Positions 26,586-35,475 of a stretch of DNA of 45,701 bases are shown in pieces. A program made the translations under genes and the position numbers. The DNA is taken from assembly GCA_048882485.1 (NCBI GenBank), contig JBHLRP010000023.1, positions 1 to 45,701 on the forward strand, read 5' to 3'. Source of the DNA: Candidatus Thorarchaeota archaeon (GTDB lineage Archaea; Asgardarchaeota; Thorarchaeia; Thorarchaeales; Thorarchaeaceae). Position 1 is the first letter of the stretch. Each line of letters opens with the position of its first letter. The notes under the pieces are model-generated. The model was not told the origin of the DNA, made no database searches, and saw nothing but the letters and a program-made list of their open reading frames with translations.

Positions 26586-27953
26586 TTATGGTCTGTTTCC
26601 TTCATAAATCGCTGTTACATTGAGTTCGGTGCACTCGCAAGCGGTTCCCAATTTCTCTGTCAGTGATGGGACTGTTCTGCCATTGTCTCCAGAAATCAGC
26701 TCCTTGACATAGGTCCCACCTTGGACCTTAAAGAAGCCTTCAAGCAGTTTCTTCTTTGTCCTCTTAAGGCGCACCTCATAGATGTGTTTCCTTCTAACCA
26801 AGTCACTTCTTCTATGAGCAACTCTATTTGGAGTGCGCTGTTCAATATCTATTCCACTGAGTGCCTTCACCGCCTTTTGCAATGCTTTGGATGTCACATC
26901 TTCCTCAGTTTGTATGATCGCTGAATACTCTTTCACATTTTCAGAGGCTTCATCCTTTATTTTCTGAGCTCTCTTCCGTGTAGTTATTTTGAGGTCCACA
27001 ACTTCCACAATGCCACTTGCCTTCTTGTTTATGTCTTTAGCCAGCAATTGCAGATTAGGGGCTCGAACAAGTGGCTCAGAAATCTCGACTACAAAGGGCC
27101 GTCCATCACCTAGCATTAGAACATCGATGTCTTCTCTTCCCGCGGCATGAACCTTGAACTTTGTACCTTGAGCAGCCTGTTGTGTGGGTTCTCCTATGTA
27201 TTCAGATATCGAGTCTGGATACTTTCTTCCAGTTCCACCACATTCCTCGCAACCCTTTCCTCGACACTCCCCGCAATCCCATCTGCTCTGAGGAACACCT
27301 CGTTTCAATTTCCTATATCTGCCTTGGATGAAGATTGGATTTCTATTGACCTCTATTATATCATCATCCATTTTGTACACAATGACAATGTCAGGACTCT
27401 TGAAATCTACTGGCCGCTTCAGAAGGTCTTGTAGAATCTTCCCCAGCTCTCTATTCACATCAGCCTTCAAGGCCTCGCCATGCAGCAAGCCAAACGCCCC
27501 TCTAATCTCATCTTGACGCTCATCTAGACCGATGGATGCAACGCACCCTACTAGGAAAGAGTTGAACTCTATCCCATCAATAGCAATTCTAGCCTTCTCT
27601 GCAATGTCAGGCAATTTGTCAAAGATGGAGATTCCATCAACTGAACACAGATGGCATGAAGTCTGCTCCTTGTATTCAAGGGCTCTCTGTGTTGCAAGAA
27701 CCTTGGCAGGTTCAAACATGCCGTTCCCGGCGAGAATGCCGATCAATTCTTCTCCCATTTGCTTATTGCCGGATTTGAGGTCCTCATCCGCCATCATGGA
27801 GAGAGTCAGCTTGATTGCAGCACCTCGCTCCTCGTTTGACGTATGTGTGCTCAGCCAGGCGAACTGACGCCCTAGGCAGTGATTGCAGATCGCATAGCTC
27901 TCAAGTAATCTCTTGGATGTCCCAAGAATGCTCCGATCATATGGCTCATCCAT
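26586..27953 (-). CDS. pus10: tRNA pseudouridine(54/55) synthase Pus10
   Basis: CNHCLGRQFA, GRYRKL.RG.PQ..W, AGREDIDV.MLG.GRPFV, QRTP.RV.HRR and GGTYVKELISGD.GRT.PS. Confidence 0.96.
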   Translation of the reverse strand: MDEPYDRSILGTSKRLLESYAICNHCLGRQFAWLSTHTSNEERGAAIKLTLSMMADEDLKSGNKQMGEELIGILAGNGMFEPAKVLATQRALEYKEQTSCHLCSVDGISIFDKLPDIAEKARIAIDGIEFNSFLVGCVASIGLDERQDEIRGAFGLLHGEALKADVNRELGKILQDLLKRPVDFKSPDIVIVYKMDDDIIEVNRNPIFIQGRYRKLKRGVPQSRWDCGECRGKGCEECGGTGRKYPDSISEYIGEPTQQAAQGTKFKVHAAGREDIDVLMLGDGRPFVVEISEPLVRAPNLQLLAKDINKKASGIVEVVDLKITTRKRAQKIKDEASENVKEYSAIIQTEEDVTSKALQKAVKALSGIDIEQRTPNRVAHRRSDLVRRKHIYEVRLKRTKKKLLEGFFKVQGGTYVKELISGDNGRTVPSLTEKLGTACECTELNVTAIYEGNRP

Positions 27954-28014
27954 TCGTACGGACCTCGGCTTGCAGAATTGAGGTCTGCCGCGCTCATAAA
28001 GGTGTTCTAACAGC

Positions 28015-29226
28015 CTAGAAGAGGGGATTTATGAATCTGGCTGCTTTGAGACCGGCAAGTATTGTCAGAGGATTTGAAAGAAGTCGAAGAATGACTCTGC
28101 GCTGCATGTCCATGTCGCCCACTCGTCTTATAGTTTCAACCAGTCCATATTGCCCTGCATCTCTGACTAGAGAATCCAGACCTTTGTCTGTGAATGAAGA
28201 GAGAATTTTCTGTGTCATGTACATGGTCCTGAGTTCTTTCAGCAGGAGCGACCTCCACGATGTTTCATACTCGCTGAGGTCTATGTTGGAGTGATTCTGA
28301 TCCGACAAGGCATCTGCAACTATTCTACCAGCTACATTGGCAGCCATTGCTCCTACAACAACTCCTCCGCCGGTAGTTGGCTTGACCATTCCTGCGGCAT
28401 CTCCAACCACAAGAAAATTGTCCCTCACTGTCCTCTTAATGGGCATTCCAACAAGAACAACACCCCCTAGAGTTCGCTGTATAGATGCATGCTTCAATCG
28501 TTCTTTCATGGTTGGATGATGCCGCATTGCAGTCATTAGCCGACTTTTTGCTAGATTCTTCGCTGCGAGGCCCACCCTAGCTCTTCCATCCCCTAGCGGA
28601 ATAATCCATGCAAAGAATCCGGGTGCTGTTGTGCGACCATAGTACATCTCTACTAAATCATCATCAATGTCTGCACCTGAGACTTCGACTTGAAAAGCTG
28701 GATATTTGCTAGAGCGTGGCACTACAGGCAATTCCGCTTGCTTGGAAATCTGGCATCGTGAGCCCTCCGCATTAATTACCACCAATGAGGAGATATCACT
28801 CATTTCATCCCCGCTCACCTGAACACCAGCTATTCTCCCATTTTTCCGCCGAATACGTTTCACCTTTGTACTGGTGATGATACTGACGCCTGCATCAATG
28901 GCCCGATTTGCCAACCATCGATCGAACCTTCTTCTGTCAATCACAAGTGCCTCACGCTTTCCCCTCTCAACATAGATATGATGACCTGATGGTGAGAATA
29001 TCCGTGCACCTATGACATGGTTCTGAATCACATCCTCTGGAGGGTGAAGCTCTAGAGAATCTAAACCTGACACACTTAGAAGGCCTGCACAATGATCTGG
29101 TTCTCCGACAGTTTCATGCTCTTCCACCACGAGAACTCGGTGATTGTTAGACGCCACTCTATGAGCTGAAACGAGCCCTGATGGACCGCCGCCTACTACA
29201 ATTGCATCATATTCAGAATGATTCAT
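28015..29226 (-). CDS. Geranylgeranyl reductase family FAD oxidoreductase
   Basis: GGGPSG, CAG, DRRRFD, APG.FAWIIP and VGDAAG.VKPTTGGG. Confidence 0.9.
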   Translation of the reverse strand: MNHSEYDAIVVGGGPSGLVSAHRVASNNHRVLVVEEHETVGEPDHCAGLLSVSGLDSLELHPPEDVIQNHVIGARIFSPSGHHIYVERGKREALVIDRRRFDRWLANRAIDAGVSIITSTKVKRIRRKNGRIAGVQVSGDEMSDISSLVVINAEGSRCQISKQAELPVVPRSSKYPAFQVEVSGADIDDDLVEMYYGRTTAPGFFAWIIPLGDGRARVGLAAKNLAKSRLMTAMRHHPTMKERLKHASIQRTLGGVVLVGMPIKRTVRDNFLVVGDAAGMVKPTTGGGVVVGAMAANVAGRIVADALSDQNHSNIDLSEYETSWRSLLLKELRTMYMTQKILSSFTDKGLDSLVRDAGQYGLVETIRRVGDMDMQRRVILRLLSNPLTILAGLKAARFINPLF

Positions 29227-29305
29227 CTTCTATACTACAACATATGACACCCTTTTTATCTCTCTCCAAGGGATGAGATGTCGCTGCAAACAGAAGGCAT
29301 CTGTC

Positions 29306-29674
29306 ATGAGTCTACGGAAATTCAAGTTCAAGCAAGTCATAGCTGTGCGAACCGACCTAGGAATGAGTAAGGGCAAGCTAGCGGTTCAAGTCGCTCATGG
29401 TGCTGTAAGTGCCTCGGAAAGAGTTCGTGTCACTCACCAACACATATGGAAGGCTTGGTTTACTGAAGGGCAGAAGAAGGTCGCTGTGAAGGTGGCATCA
29501 GAGGAGGAACTTCTTGATCTACGAAGAATAGCTGTGGACTTAGGTTTGCCATTTGCATTGATTCGAGATGCGGGGATGACCGAGCTACCCCCGGGAACGA
29601 CTACAGTCATCGCAGTAGGTCCTGGATCTGCAGAGAAGATAGACAGACTGACTGGTGACCTGAAATTGCTATGA
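29306..29674 (+). CDS. pth2: Peptidyl-tRNA hydrolase Pth2
   Basis: KQVI.VRTDLGMSKGKLAVQVAH, GQKKV, DAG.TE..PGT.T and TG.LKLL. Confidence 0.96.
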   Translation: MSLRKFKFKQVIAVRTDLGMSKGKLAVQVAHGAVSASERVRVTHQHIWKAWFTEGQKKVAVKVASEEELLDLRRIAVDLGLPFALIRDAGMTELPPGTTTVIAVGPGSAEKIDRLTGDLKLL

Positions 29675-29691
29675 GGAGAGGATAGGTCTCC

Positions 29692-31029
29692 GTGAGAACG
29701 ACGCATGATTTAGAGGCGTCAATTGGGATGGAACTCTATAGCACAAGCACTCCTGGAGTTGGAGGTAGACTCAAGGTTCGATTTGAGGACTTCATCGTTG
29801 AAGAGATTACAAATGATGGACGATTGGTCACAGTCAAAGAGTGGTCCGATGAAACTCCAGTACCGCAAATCCCTGAAAAGAAATCAAAGTTCATCCGATT
29901 TGATATGCAGAAGATGGGTCTTTCAACCATGGATGTCGCCACTATTCTTGCAGCAGAACTTGGCTTACCCCAGCATCTTGTCACATACGCCGGCTTAAAG
30001 GACAAGCGAGCAATCACAGCACAGCAAATGGCTGTTCCTTTCAGATCAGCTGAGCGACTAGTGAGCACAAGACTATCTCGCATCGAGATACGCAACTTAG
30101 AATCTGTGCGGCATCCTGTGCAGATTGGGGATCTTTTGGGAAACCGCTTCAGAATTCGCCTCTCTGATATTGACGCCGACTGCGACCAAGCAATGGCAAC
30201 TGTTGATTCCCTGACAAAACAGCCCCTGCTCAACTACTTTGGTGTCCAGAGATTTGGGGTGACTCGACCTTTCACTCACTTGGTTGGTAAGGCACTTGTG
30301 AGGGATGACTTTGAAGAAGCAGCGAGACTCATGCTTTCAGTGACCAGCGAGTATGAATCGGAGGAGATCACTGAAGCCAGACGCAAGTTGGCTGATGACC
30401 TATCACCGAATGAACGCATTCTTGCTGCATTTCCAGAGGATTTGAGATATGAACGTGATGTGATGAAATTCCTCATGAAGCATCCCGGTGAATTCGAGCG
30501 GGCAATCCTAAGGATACCCTCGCGTGTCCTTACCATCTTTGTTCATTCATTTCAGTCCTACCTGTTCAATCGTCTGATAAGCCAGCGAGCTGAATCCTCC
30601 CTCCCCCTCGACCTTCCCGTGCCGGGAGACTTCCTCATTAAACTTGATGAGCCGCATTCTGGTCGTGATTCGTGGCTCTTTGTAACAGAAAAGAACCACG
30701 AGGAGAGAGTTAAGCTTGTCCAGTCTGGTGAATATGGAATCTCAGCTCCGCTCCCCGGATATTCAACAAAAACGCCTCCGTCCTCCCAGACAGATATGTT
30801 GAGGAAATTGATGCTGGAGGAAGATGTACGATTTCAGGATTTCCGAAAACCAAAGAGTAAGGCAATTGATTCAGCTGGAGGATATCATCTTCTTTCAATC
30901 ATGCTAAAGGAAATCAGAGGAGAATGTGAAGAGGACGAGCTGGTCTTGCATTTCCAGTTGAGAAAAGGATCCTATGCAACAGTAGTGATGCGTGACATTA
31001 TGAAGAATGACCCTGTTCACAGAGTCTGA
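29692..31029 (+). CDS. truD: tRNA pseudouridine(13) synthase TruD
   Basis: EDFIVEE, YAGLKDKRAIT.Q, GDLLGNRF, NYFG.QRFG, QSYLFN and F.L.KGSYAT. Confidence 0.96.
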   Translation: MRTTHDLEASIGMELYSTSTPGVGGRLKVRFEDFIVEEITNDGRLVTVKEWSDETPVPQIPEKKSKFIRFDMQKMGLSTMDVATILAAELGLPQHLVTYAGLKDKRAITAQQMAVPFRSAERLVSTRLSRIEIRNLESVRHPVQIGDLLGNRFRIRLSDIDADCDQAMATVDSLTKQPLLNYFGVQRFGVTRPFTHLVGKALVRDDFEEAARLMLSVTSEYESEEITEARRKLADDLSPNERILAAFPEDLRYERDVMKFLMKHPGEFERAILRIPSRVLTIFVHSFQSYLFNRLISQRAESSLPLDLPVPGDFLIKLDEPHSGRDSWLFVTEKNHEERVKLVQSGEYGISAPLPGYSTKTPPSSQTDMLRKLMLEEDVRFQDFRKPKSKAIDSAGGYHLLSIMLKEIRGECEEDELVLHFQLRKGSYATVVMRDIMKNDPVHRV

Positions 31030-31030
31030 G

Positions 31031-31618
31031 TCACCGTCTGCGGCCCTTTCCGGCGAATTCCCTCATCTTCTCTTCGAAGATTTCATCACTGGAATCTTCC
31101 TCTTTCTCGATTCTCTCATCCTGATATTGAAAGAGAACAGACTCTCCCATCACCGCGGAAACTATCTTTCTGAGGTCCTCTTTTGAATATGCGATGCGAT
31201 CCCGATCTTCTGGTTTCAACATCACAATACTCTCCTTTGTTCCTCCGGGGAGATATAGGCTGTTGACACCCACCTCCAATGCTGGTTCTATCAGCTTTCT
31301 CACTATCTTTCGAAGCTTTATAGGTGCTTCAAAGACCATTACTTCTCCATGAGTTTCAACTAACTCGTTCATGAGTCTCTCTGCGGCAATAAGGACCTCT
31401 TTGTTCTTCTTCTTGACTACCAGTATAAGACGCTCATCTGTCTTTATCGCTCTGAGAAGATTCAGATCATCAAGTCTAGGATACTCCTTGGACTTGTCTA
31501 GAAGCCACTTGGAAAACTCAATGTCAAACTCCGTGATCTCGCCTCTGTCTAATCTCTGCTGGCAACTTGGACACAACATGTCCGACTCAATATCAAACAC
31601 ACAGACTGCCAGTTTCAT
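31031..31618 (-). CDS. Archaeal NusA-like/KH-related protein with N-terminal Zn-binding motif
   Basis: C-x2-D-x5-LCPSCQ N-terminus and GVN..YLPGG; next to alba. Start moved to MKLAVC. Confidence 0.65.
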   Translation of the reverse strand: MKLAVCVFDIESDMLCPSCQQRLDRGEITEFDIEFSKWLLDKSKEYPRLDDLNLLRAIKTDERLILVVKKKNKEVLIAAERLMNELVETHGEVMVFEAPIKLRKIVRKLIEPALEVGVNSLYLPGGTKESIVMLKPEDRDRIAYSKEDLRKIVSAVMGESVLFQYQDERIEKEEDSSDEIFEEKMREFAGKGRRR

Positions 31619-31692
31619 GTTCTTGTCTTCACCCCATGAAGCCGCAACAATGACTGGGCTTCTGGGTGAGGACCACAATATGTTCCAGATCA

Positions 31693-32019
31693 CTACTTAG
31701 TGAGTGTGATATCAATGGTTGAGACGTTCAAGTCGCTTCCCTTGTCCGTCTGAACGGTGGTTGTATCAATCTCAATGCTCTTGACTTTGAGTTCGGAGAT
31801 GAACCTGTGCCGTGTTATCTCGGCGACATCAACAGCGCGGCTTATTAGCCGACCTCTTGCCTTAATTACGACTTCCTCGGCACCCTTGTTGAACAAAGTC
31901 ACGCAGGCTAGGACGTAGGACATCACATTCTTGTTACCTACTAGTATCACCGAGTCACCGTGACTCTGATCGCCCGACTTATCGTCGGTCTTCTTTGCTG
32001 TCACCCGAAGCCTCTCCAC
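31693..32019 (-). CDS. albA: DNA/RNA-binding protein Alba
   Basis: [28 protein letters not shown] and VSTIDI. The start may be the GTG at 32004. Confidence 0.95.
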   Translation of the reverse strand: MERLRVTAKKTDDKSGDQSHGDSVILVGNKNVMSYVLACVTLFNKGAEEVVIKARGRLISRAVDVAEITRHRFISELKVKSIEIDTTTVQTDKGSDLNVSTIDITLTK

Positions 32020-32204
32020 CTGCTACGATTTGCTAAGGTATAGGGTATAGCACGTATCGAGGCCCAACTGATATAGATTTCGATTTACTGAGCGAAAAGG
32101 CTGACACAGTTAATATCTGAAAATATCCATTGCTAATCCATACGGTGAATAATACGCAAGCCTTTTCTTGACACCATCACGGCTCGTCATGGATGTTAGA
32201 ATAA

Positions 32205-33470
32205 ATGACACAGCTTACGTTTCTTGGTTCCTGTAGAGAGATTGGACGGTCAGGGTTCTATCTTGAGAATAAGGATGAGAGTATGATTGTTGATTACGGG
32301 GCGAAACTCTCTTCACCTCCAGAATTCCCTGATATGGTTCCACTTGACAATCTGCAGGGAATCAGTCTTACTCATGCCCATCTTGATCATTCCGGAGGCA
32401 TTCCACTGGTCCTATCCCAAACCGAAGCTTCCCTCTTCTGCACACCAGCCACACGAGACCTGACTCTTCTGCTTCTGCGCGACATGTACAACATCTCAAA
32501 GGGAAGACTGCCTTATACTCGAAAAGACATTCCACTTGTGAGAAGACAATGCCAAGCGACTGCTTATGAGGAAACCATCCCGCTTGGTCATCACTTCGAA
32601 ATGACATTGTTCAATGCCGGTCACATTCCAGGTAGTTCGATGGTGTCTGTTAGAGTAAATGGGAAGAGGGTGCTCTTCACTGGGGACGTCAATTCCACAG
32701 AGTCGCAACTGAATCTGGGGGCTAGGAAGAACCTTCCCAAACATGACATCGTTGTTACAGAGAGCACCTACGCTAGAAGAACGAATCCTGAGAGGGCGGA
32801 GATTGAGCAGGCACTGGTTGATACTGTTATTGAAACAATGGAACGAGGAGGTACAGTATTAATTCCCGCCTTTGCTGTGGGTCGCAGTCAAGAGATGATG
32901 TGCATTCTAGAACGCAACAGCATTCCTCAGAAGTATCCGATATACATAGATGGAATGGCTCGCAAGGTCAATGAGATTCTGACCAGGCATCCTGAATATC
33001 TTCAAAGCCCTCAGTCATTCAGCCGAGCAGTGGGAAGGACTCGCATCATTCATGATAACAATGAACGAACAAAGGCTACTAGAAGGGGAGGCATAATCAT
33101 TTCCCCAGCTGGAATGCTGAAGGGTGGTGCATCACATCTGTACTTCAAGATGCTTTATGATGATCCAAAGAACTCAATCGTATTGGTCAGCTTTCAGATT
33201 CCAGGCACTCCAGGTGCAGAACTGGTAAAATCTGGAAGAGTGACGGTTGGGAGTCGTGAGTTCGAGGTCTCTGCTGATGTCAGAATGCACCATCTCTCAT
33301 CGCACGCTGACTCGAAAGGGTTGTTGGACCTCCTGACAAGGATTCCTGGTGATCCTGAGTTCTACATAGTTCATGGAGAGTCCGAATCTTGTGACAAGCT
33401 TGAATCTCTTCTTGAAAAGAAGGGACGAAAAGCACATATCCCAGAAGTAAATGAGATGGTCGAGATTTAA
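32205..33470 (+). CDS. MBL-fold beta-CASP ribonuclease (aCPSF2-like, no KH domains)
   Basis: FLG..EIGRS, THAHLDHSG, AGHIPGS, FTGD, ESTY, PAFAVGRSQE, SSHAD and VHGE. Confidence 0.92.
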   Translation: MTQLTFLGSCREIGRSGFYLENKDESMIVDYGAKLSSPPEFPDMVPLDNLQGISLTHAHLDHSGGIPLVLSQTEASLFCTPATRDLTLLLLRDMYNISKGRLPYTRKDIPLVRRQCQATAYEETIPLGHHFEMTLFNAGHIPGSSMVSVRVNGKRVLFTGDVNSTESQLNLGARKNLPKHDIVVTESTYARRTNPERAEIEQALVDTVIETMERGGTVLIPAFAVGRSQEMMCILERNSIPQKYPIYIDGMARKVNEILTRHPEYLQSPQSFSRAVGRTRIIHDNNERTKATRRGGIIISPAGMLKGGASHLYFKMLYDDPKNSIVLVSFQIPGTPGAELVKSGRVTVGSREFEVSADVRMHHLSSHADSKGLLDLLTRIPGDPEFYIVHGESESCDKLESLLEKKGRKAHIPEVNEMVEI

Positions 33471-33682
33471 GCCTCTTCAGGTTCAGGGCGAGCCTCAACT
33501 ATCTGGCACTTCACACGAGTCAAGACTTCCTCGGCCTGTTGTGGCTCTAGAATTATCGTGTAGAGATATTTGGCTGTTCGGAGTTTCAGCTTGACTTGAC
33601 CTGGCCCTCTCTTCACTCTGCACTCTTGGGCATCTTCGGTCATCTCGAGGAATCTCTCTACGTCATAGATTTGTTTTGGCAT
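33467..33682 (-). CDS. rpl38e: 50S ribosomal protein L38e
   Basis: MPKQI....FL and RVK....VKLKLRT.KYLYT match the L38e signature. Confidence 0.88.
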   Translation of the reverse strand: MPKQIYDVERFLEMTEDAQECRVKRGPGQVKLKLRTAKYLYTIILEPQQAEEVLTRVKCQIVEARPEPEEA

Positions 33683-33753
33683 TCTTGAGCCTCCGCAACA
33701 ACCACTCCGAAGTTCAACTCGTTATAAGAGTGACGGATTGGCATCAGAGAAGA

Positions 33754-33865
33754 TGGTGGGCCGGGGGCGACTCGAACGCCCGATCTGCGGTCCTACTGAA
33801 TATAGTAACTCAACAGGATTTCCGCCGTGTGAAGGCGGCATCATAGCCGACTAGATCACCGGCCC
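33754..33865 (-). tRNA. tRNA-Val(CAC) with encoded CCA and a 35-nt intron at position 45/46 (33785-33819)
   Basis: Acceptor GGGCCGG/CCGGCCC-A-CCA, anticodon arm CCGCC-TT-CAC-AC-GGCGG and T arm GGGCG-TTCGAGT-CGCCC. The insert in the variable loop forms a bulge-helix-bulge-like motif. Confidence 0.93.
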
Positions 33866-33919
33866 GGGCACGCGCTGTCTGGATAATAATTTGGATATAA
33901 GAATGATGGATGGCCGGCT

Positions 33920-33926
33920 AAAAAAA
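33920..33926 (-). terminator. Oligo-T (T7) archaeal terminator after the 56-aa ORF
   Basis: The A7 run on + is T7 on -, 14 nt after the stop and upstream of the tRNA promoter. Confidence 0.5.
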
Positions 33927-33940
33927 TGGCTTTTGCTCTT

Positions 33941-34111
33941 CTAGGGTGCAGATCTCTTATCATAAACATATACGCTGTATCTTTTGCCACCATTGTTTCT
34001 CAGTATATGCGCAGTAACTGTTTCTCCGAAGACGACCGTACCATCACGACTCTCTACATTTGGTATTCTGAGGGTGGCATCTTTCAGATGTATTTCATGG
34101 CTTCTCAACAT
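33941..34111 (-). CDS. Unannotated small protein, 56 aa (MLRSHEIHLKDATLRIPNVESRDGTVVFGETVTAHILRNNGGKRYSVYVYDKRSAP)
   Basis: AAGGAGG SD 4 nt before the ATG, an upstream TATA-like TTATTTAT and a downstream T7 tract. Below the size cutoff of the ORF track. Confidence 0.65.
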   Translation of the reverse strand: MLRSHEIHLKDATLRIPNVESRDGTVVFGETVTAHILRNNGGKRYSVYVYDKRSAP

Positions 34112-34203
34112 ATCGCCTCCTTTTCATTAAAGATGGTGTTGAAACTCCGACACTCGAATCGACAAACTTCCATCACCTTTCTAGCAGACATATTGAACTC
34201 CGC

Positions 34204-34220
34204 ATGTAATAGTATTACAT
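34204..34220. promoter_or_regulatory. Palindrome ATGTAAT-AGT-ATTACAT adjacent to a TATA-like box
   Basis: Perfect 7-bp inverted repeat with an extra ATTACAT half-site at 34221-34227. Confidence 0.5.
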
Positions 34221-34346
34221 ATTACATAAATAAGTATTACGGTAGAATGAGACCTAGTCGTAGAGTCACTAAAATGTTACAAAAACGCTCCCAGATGCAA
34301 GGAAATCCCTGCTGGACCAAGAATTGGTGTCCCTGATCTAGCGGAT

Positions 34347-34505
34347 CTACTTACGTGCACGTCGCTTGGGTCTGAGGTCTTTTGTCTTGCACTTCCTGCA
34401 CTTCTTCGCCTTCAACGGATTGGTTGCTCCACAATATCGGCATACTGACTTGTAGAGCAAGTAGTGCTGTGCAAGCCTGCGTTTCTCAATGTCAGCAACT
34501 GGCAT
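34347..34505 (-). CDS. rpl40e: 50S ribosomal protein L40e (not ubiquitin-fused)
   Basis: [16 protein letters not shown]...LRPK. Start moved to MPVAD. Confidence 0.95.
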   Translation of the reverse strand: MPVADIEKRRLAQHYLLYKSVCRYCGATNPLKAKKCRKCKTKDLRPKRRARK

Positions 34506-34605
34506 TTTCTCAGACCTCAATTCATTGCGGCACACAGAGAGTCCTGTGAGCCCACTCCCGCTTTCCTGCTGAGTTGGGTTTTAAAAGCTTGTGCTCTGGC
34601 TGACG

Positions 34606-35475
34606 CTAGAGCACATCCTTCAGAAGCTTCGCAATATCACTAGGCTTCTCAGCCACAGGAACTCCAGCATTGGAGAACGCCTCAATCTTCGCTGCAGCCG
34701 TGCCAGAACTCCCGCTTATGATTGCACCTGCATGTCCCATTCTCTTTCCTGGTGGTGCTGTTCTTCCTGCAATGAACGCAACTGCAGGTTTCTTCACATG
34801 CTTCTTGATATAGGCTGCTGCACGTTCCTCTGCATCGCCACCTATCTCTCCGACTAACACCATGGCGTCAGTTCCAGCATCTTTGTTGAACATCTCCACA
34901 GCCTCTATTGTAGTCAGACCCACGCAGGGGTCTCCTCCCAACCCGATTGCAGTCGAGATACCGATACCTGCGTTTGTCATCCCAGCAGCTATCTCATATG
35001 TCAGTGTGCCGCTCCGGGACATGAGGCCCACTCTGCCCCCCGAGAAGACATGTCCTGGCATTATCCCAAGTTTCTGCTTGGCACTAGGTGTAATGATACC
35101 TGGTGTGTTGGGTCCAATTACGGTGATGCCCTTTCGCTTTGCAGCATGTATCACTCTCATCTCATCAAGTACAGGAACATGTTCTGTGATTACCACGACT
35201 GGATTCAAATCTGCTGCAATTGCTTCTTGTGCTGCATCTCCTGCGAAGGGTGCTGGAACAAAGATCACCGAAGCAGTGGCTCCTTGCGCATCCTTTGCAG
35301 TCTTGACACTGTCATATACTGGGATTCCATGCACTTCATCCCCCTTCTTGCCTGGGGTGACTCCCGCAACAATCTTCGTACCATATTTCAACATGGCTTC
35401 AGAATGGAAGGTGCCCTGTGAGCCTGTTATTCCCTGAATAATGACTCTAGTGTCCTCGTCAACCAATACGACCAT
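34606..35475 (-). CDS. sucD: Succinyl-CoA synthetase alpha subunit
   Basis: QGITG, GVTPGK, IGPNTPG, SRSGTLTYE, GEIGG and RMGHAGAI. Confidence 0.97.
   Translation of the reverse strand: MVVLVDEDTRVIIQGITGSQGTFHSEAMLKYGTKIVAGVTPGKKGDEVHGIPVYDSVKTAKDAQGATASVIFVPAPFAGDAAQEAIAADLNPVVVITEHVPVLDEMRVIHAAKRKGITVIGPNTPGIITPSAKQKLGIMPGHVFSGGRVGLMSRSGTLTYEIAAGMTNAGIGISTAIGLGGDPCVGLTTIEAVEMFNKDAGTDAMVLVGEIGGDAEERAAAYIKKHVKKPAVAFIAGRTAPPGKRMGHAGAIISGSSGTAAAKIEAFSNAGVPVAEKPSDIAKLLKDVL

Noticed and set aside
33754-33865. tRNA as integration site of a mobile element
   Set aside because: No integrase and no duplicated tRNA 3' end was seen in the window, and the flanks are housekeeping genes.
34105-34191. Selenocysteine read-through of the uORF (TGT-TGA) with the hairpin as SECIS
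   Set aside because: Another stop follows within a few codons, the hairpin is upstream of the TGA, and no clear SECIS core is present.
33926-34336. 136-aa plus-strand ORF
   Set aside because: No recognisable motif. It is antisense to a smaller ORF that has an SD, a promoter and a terminator.
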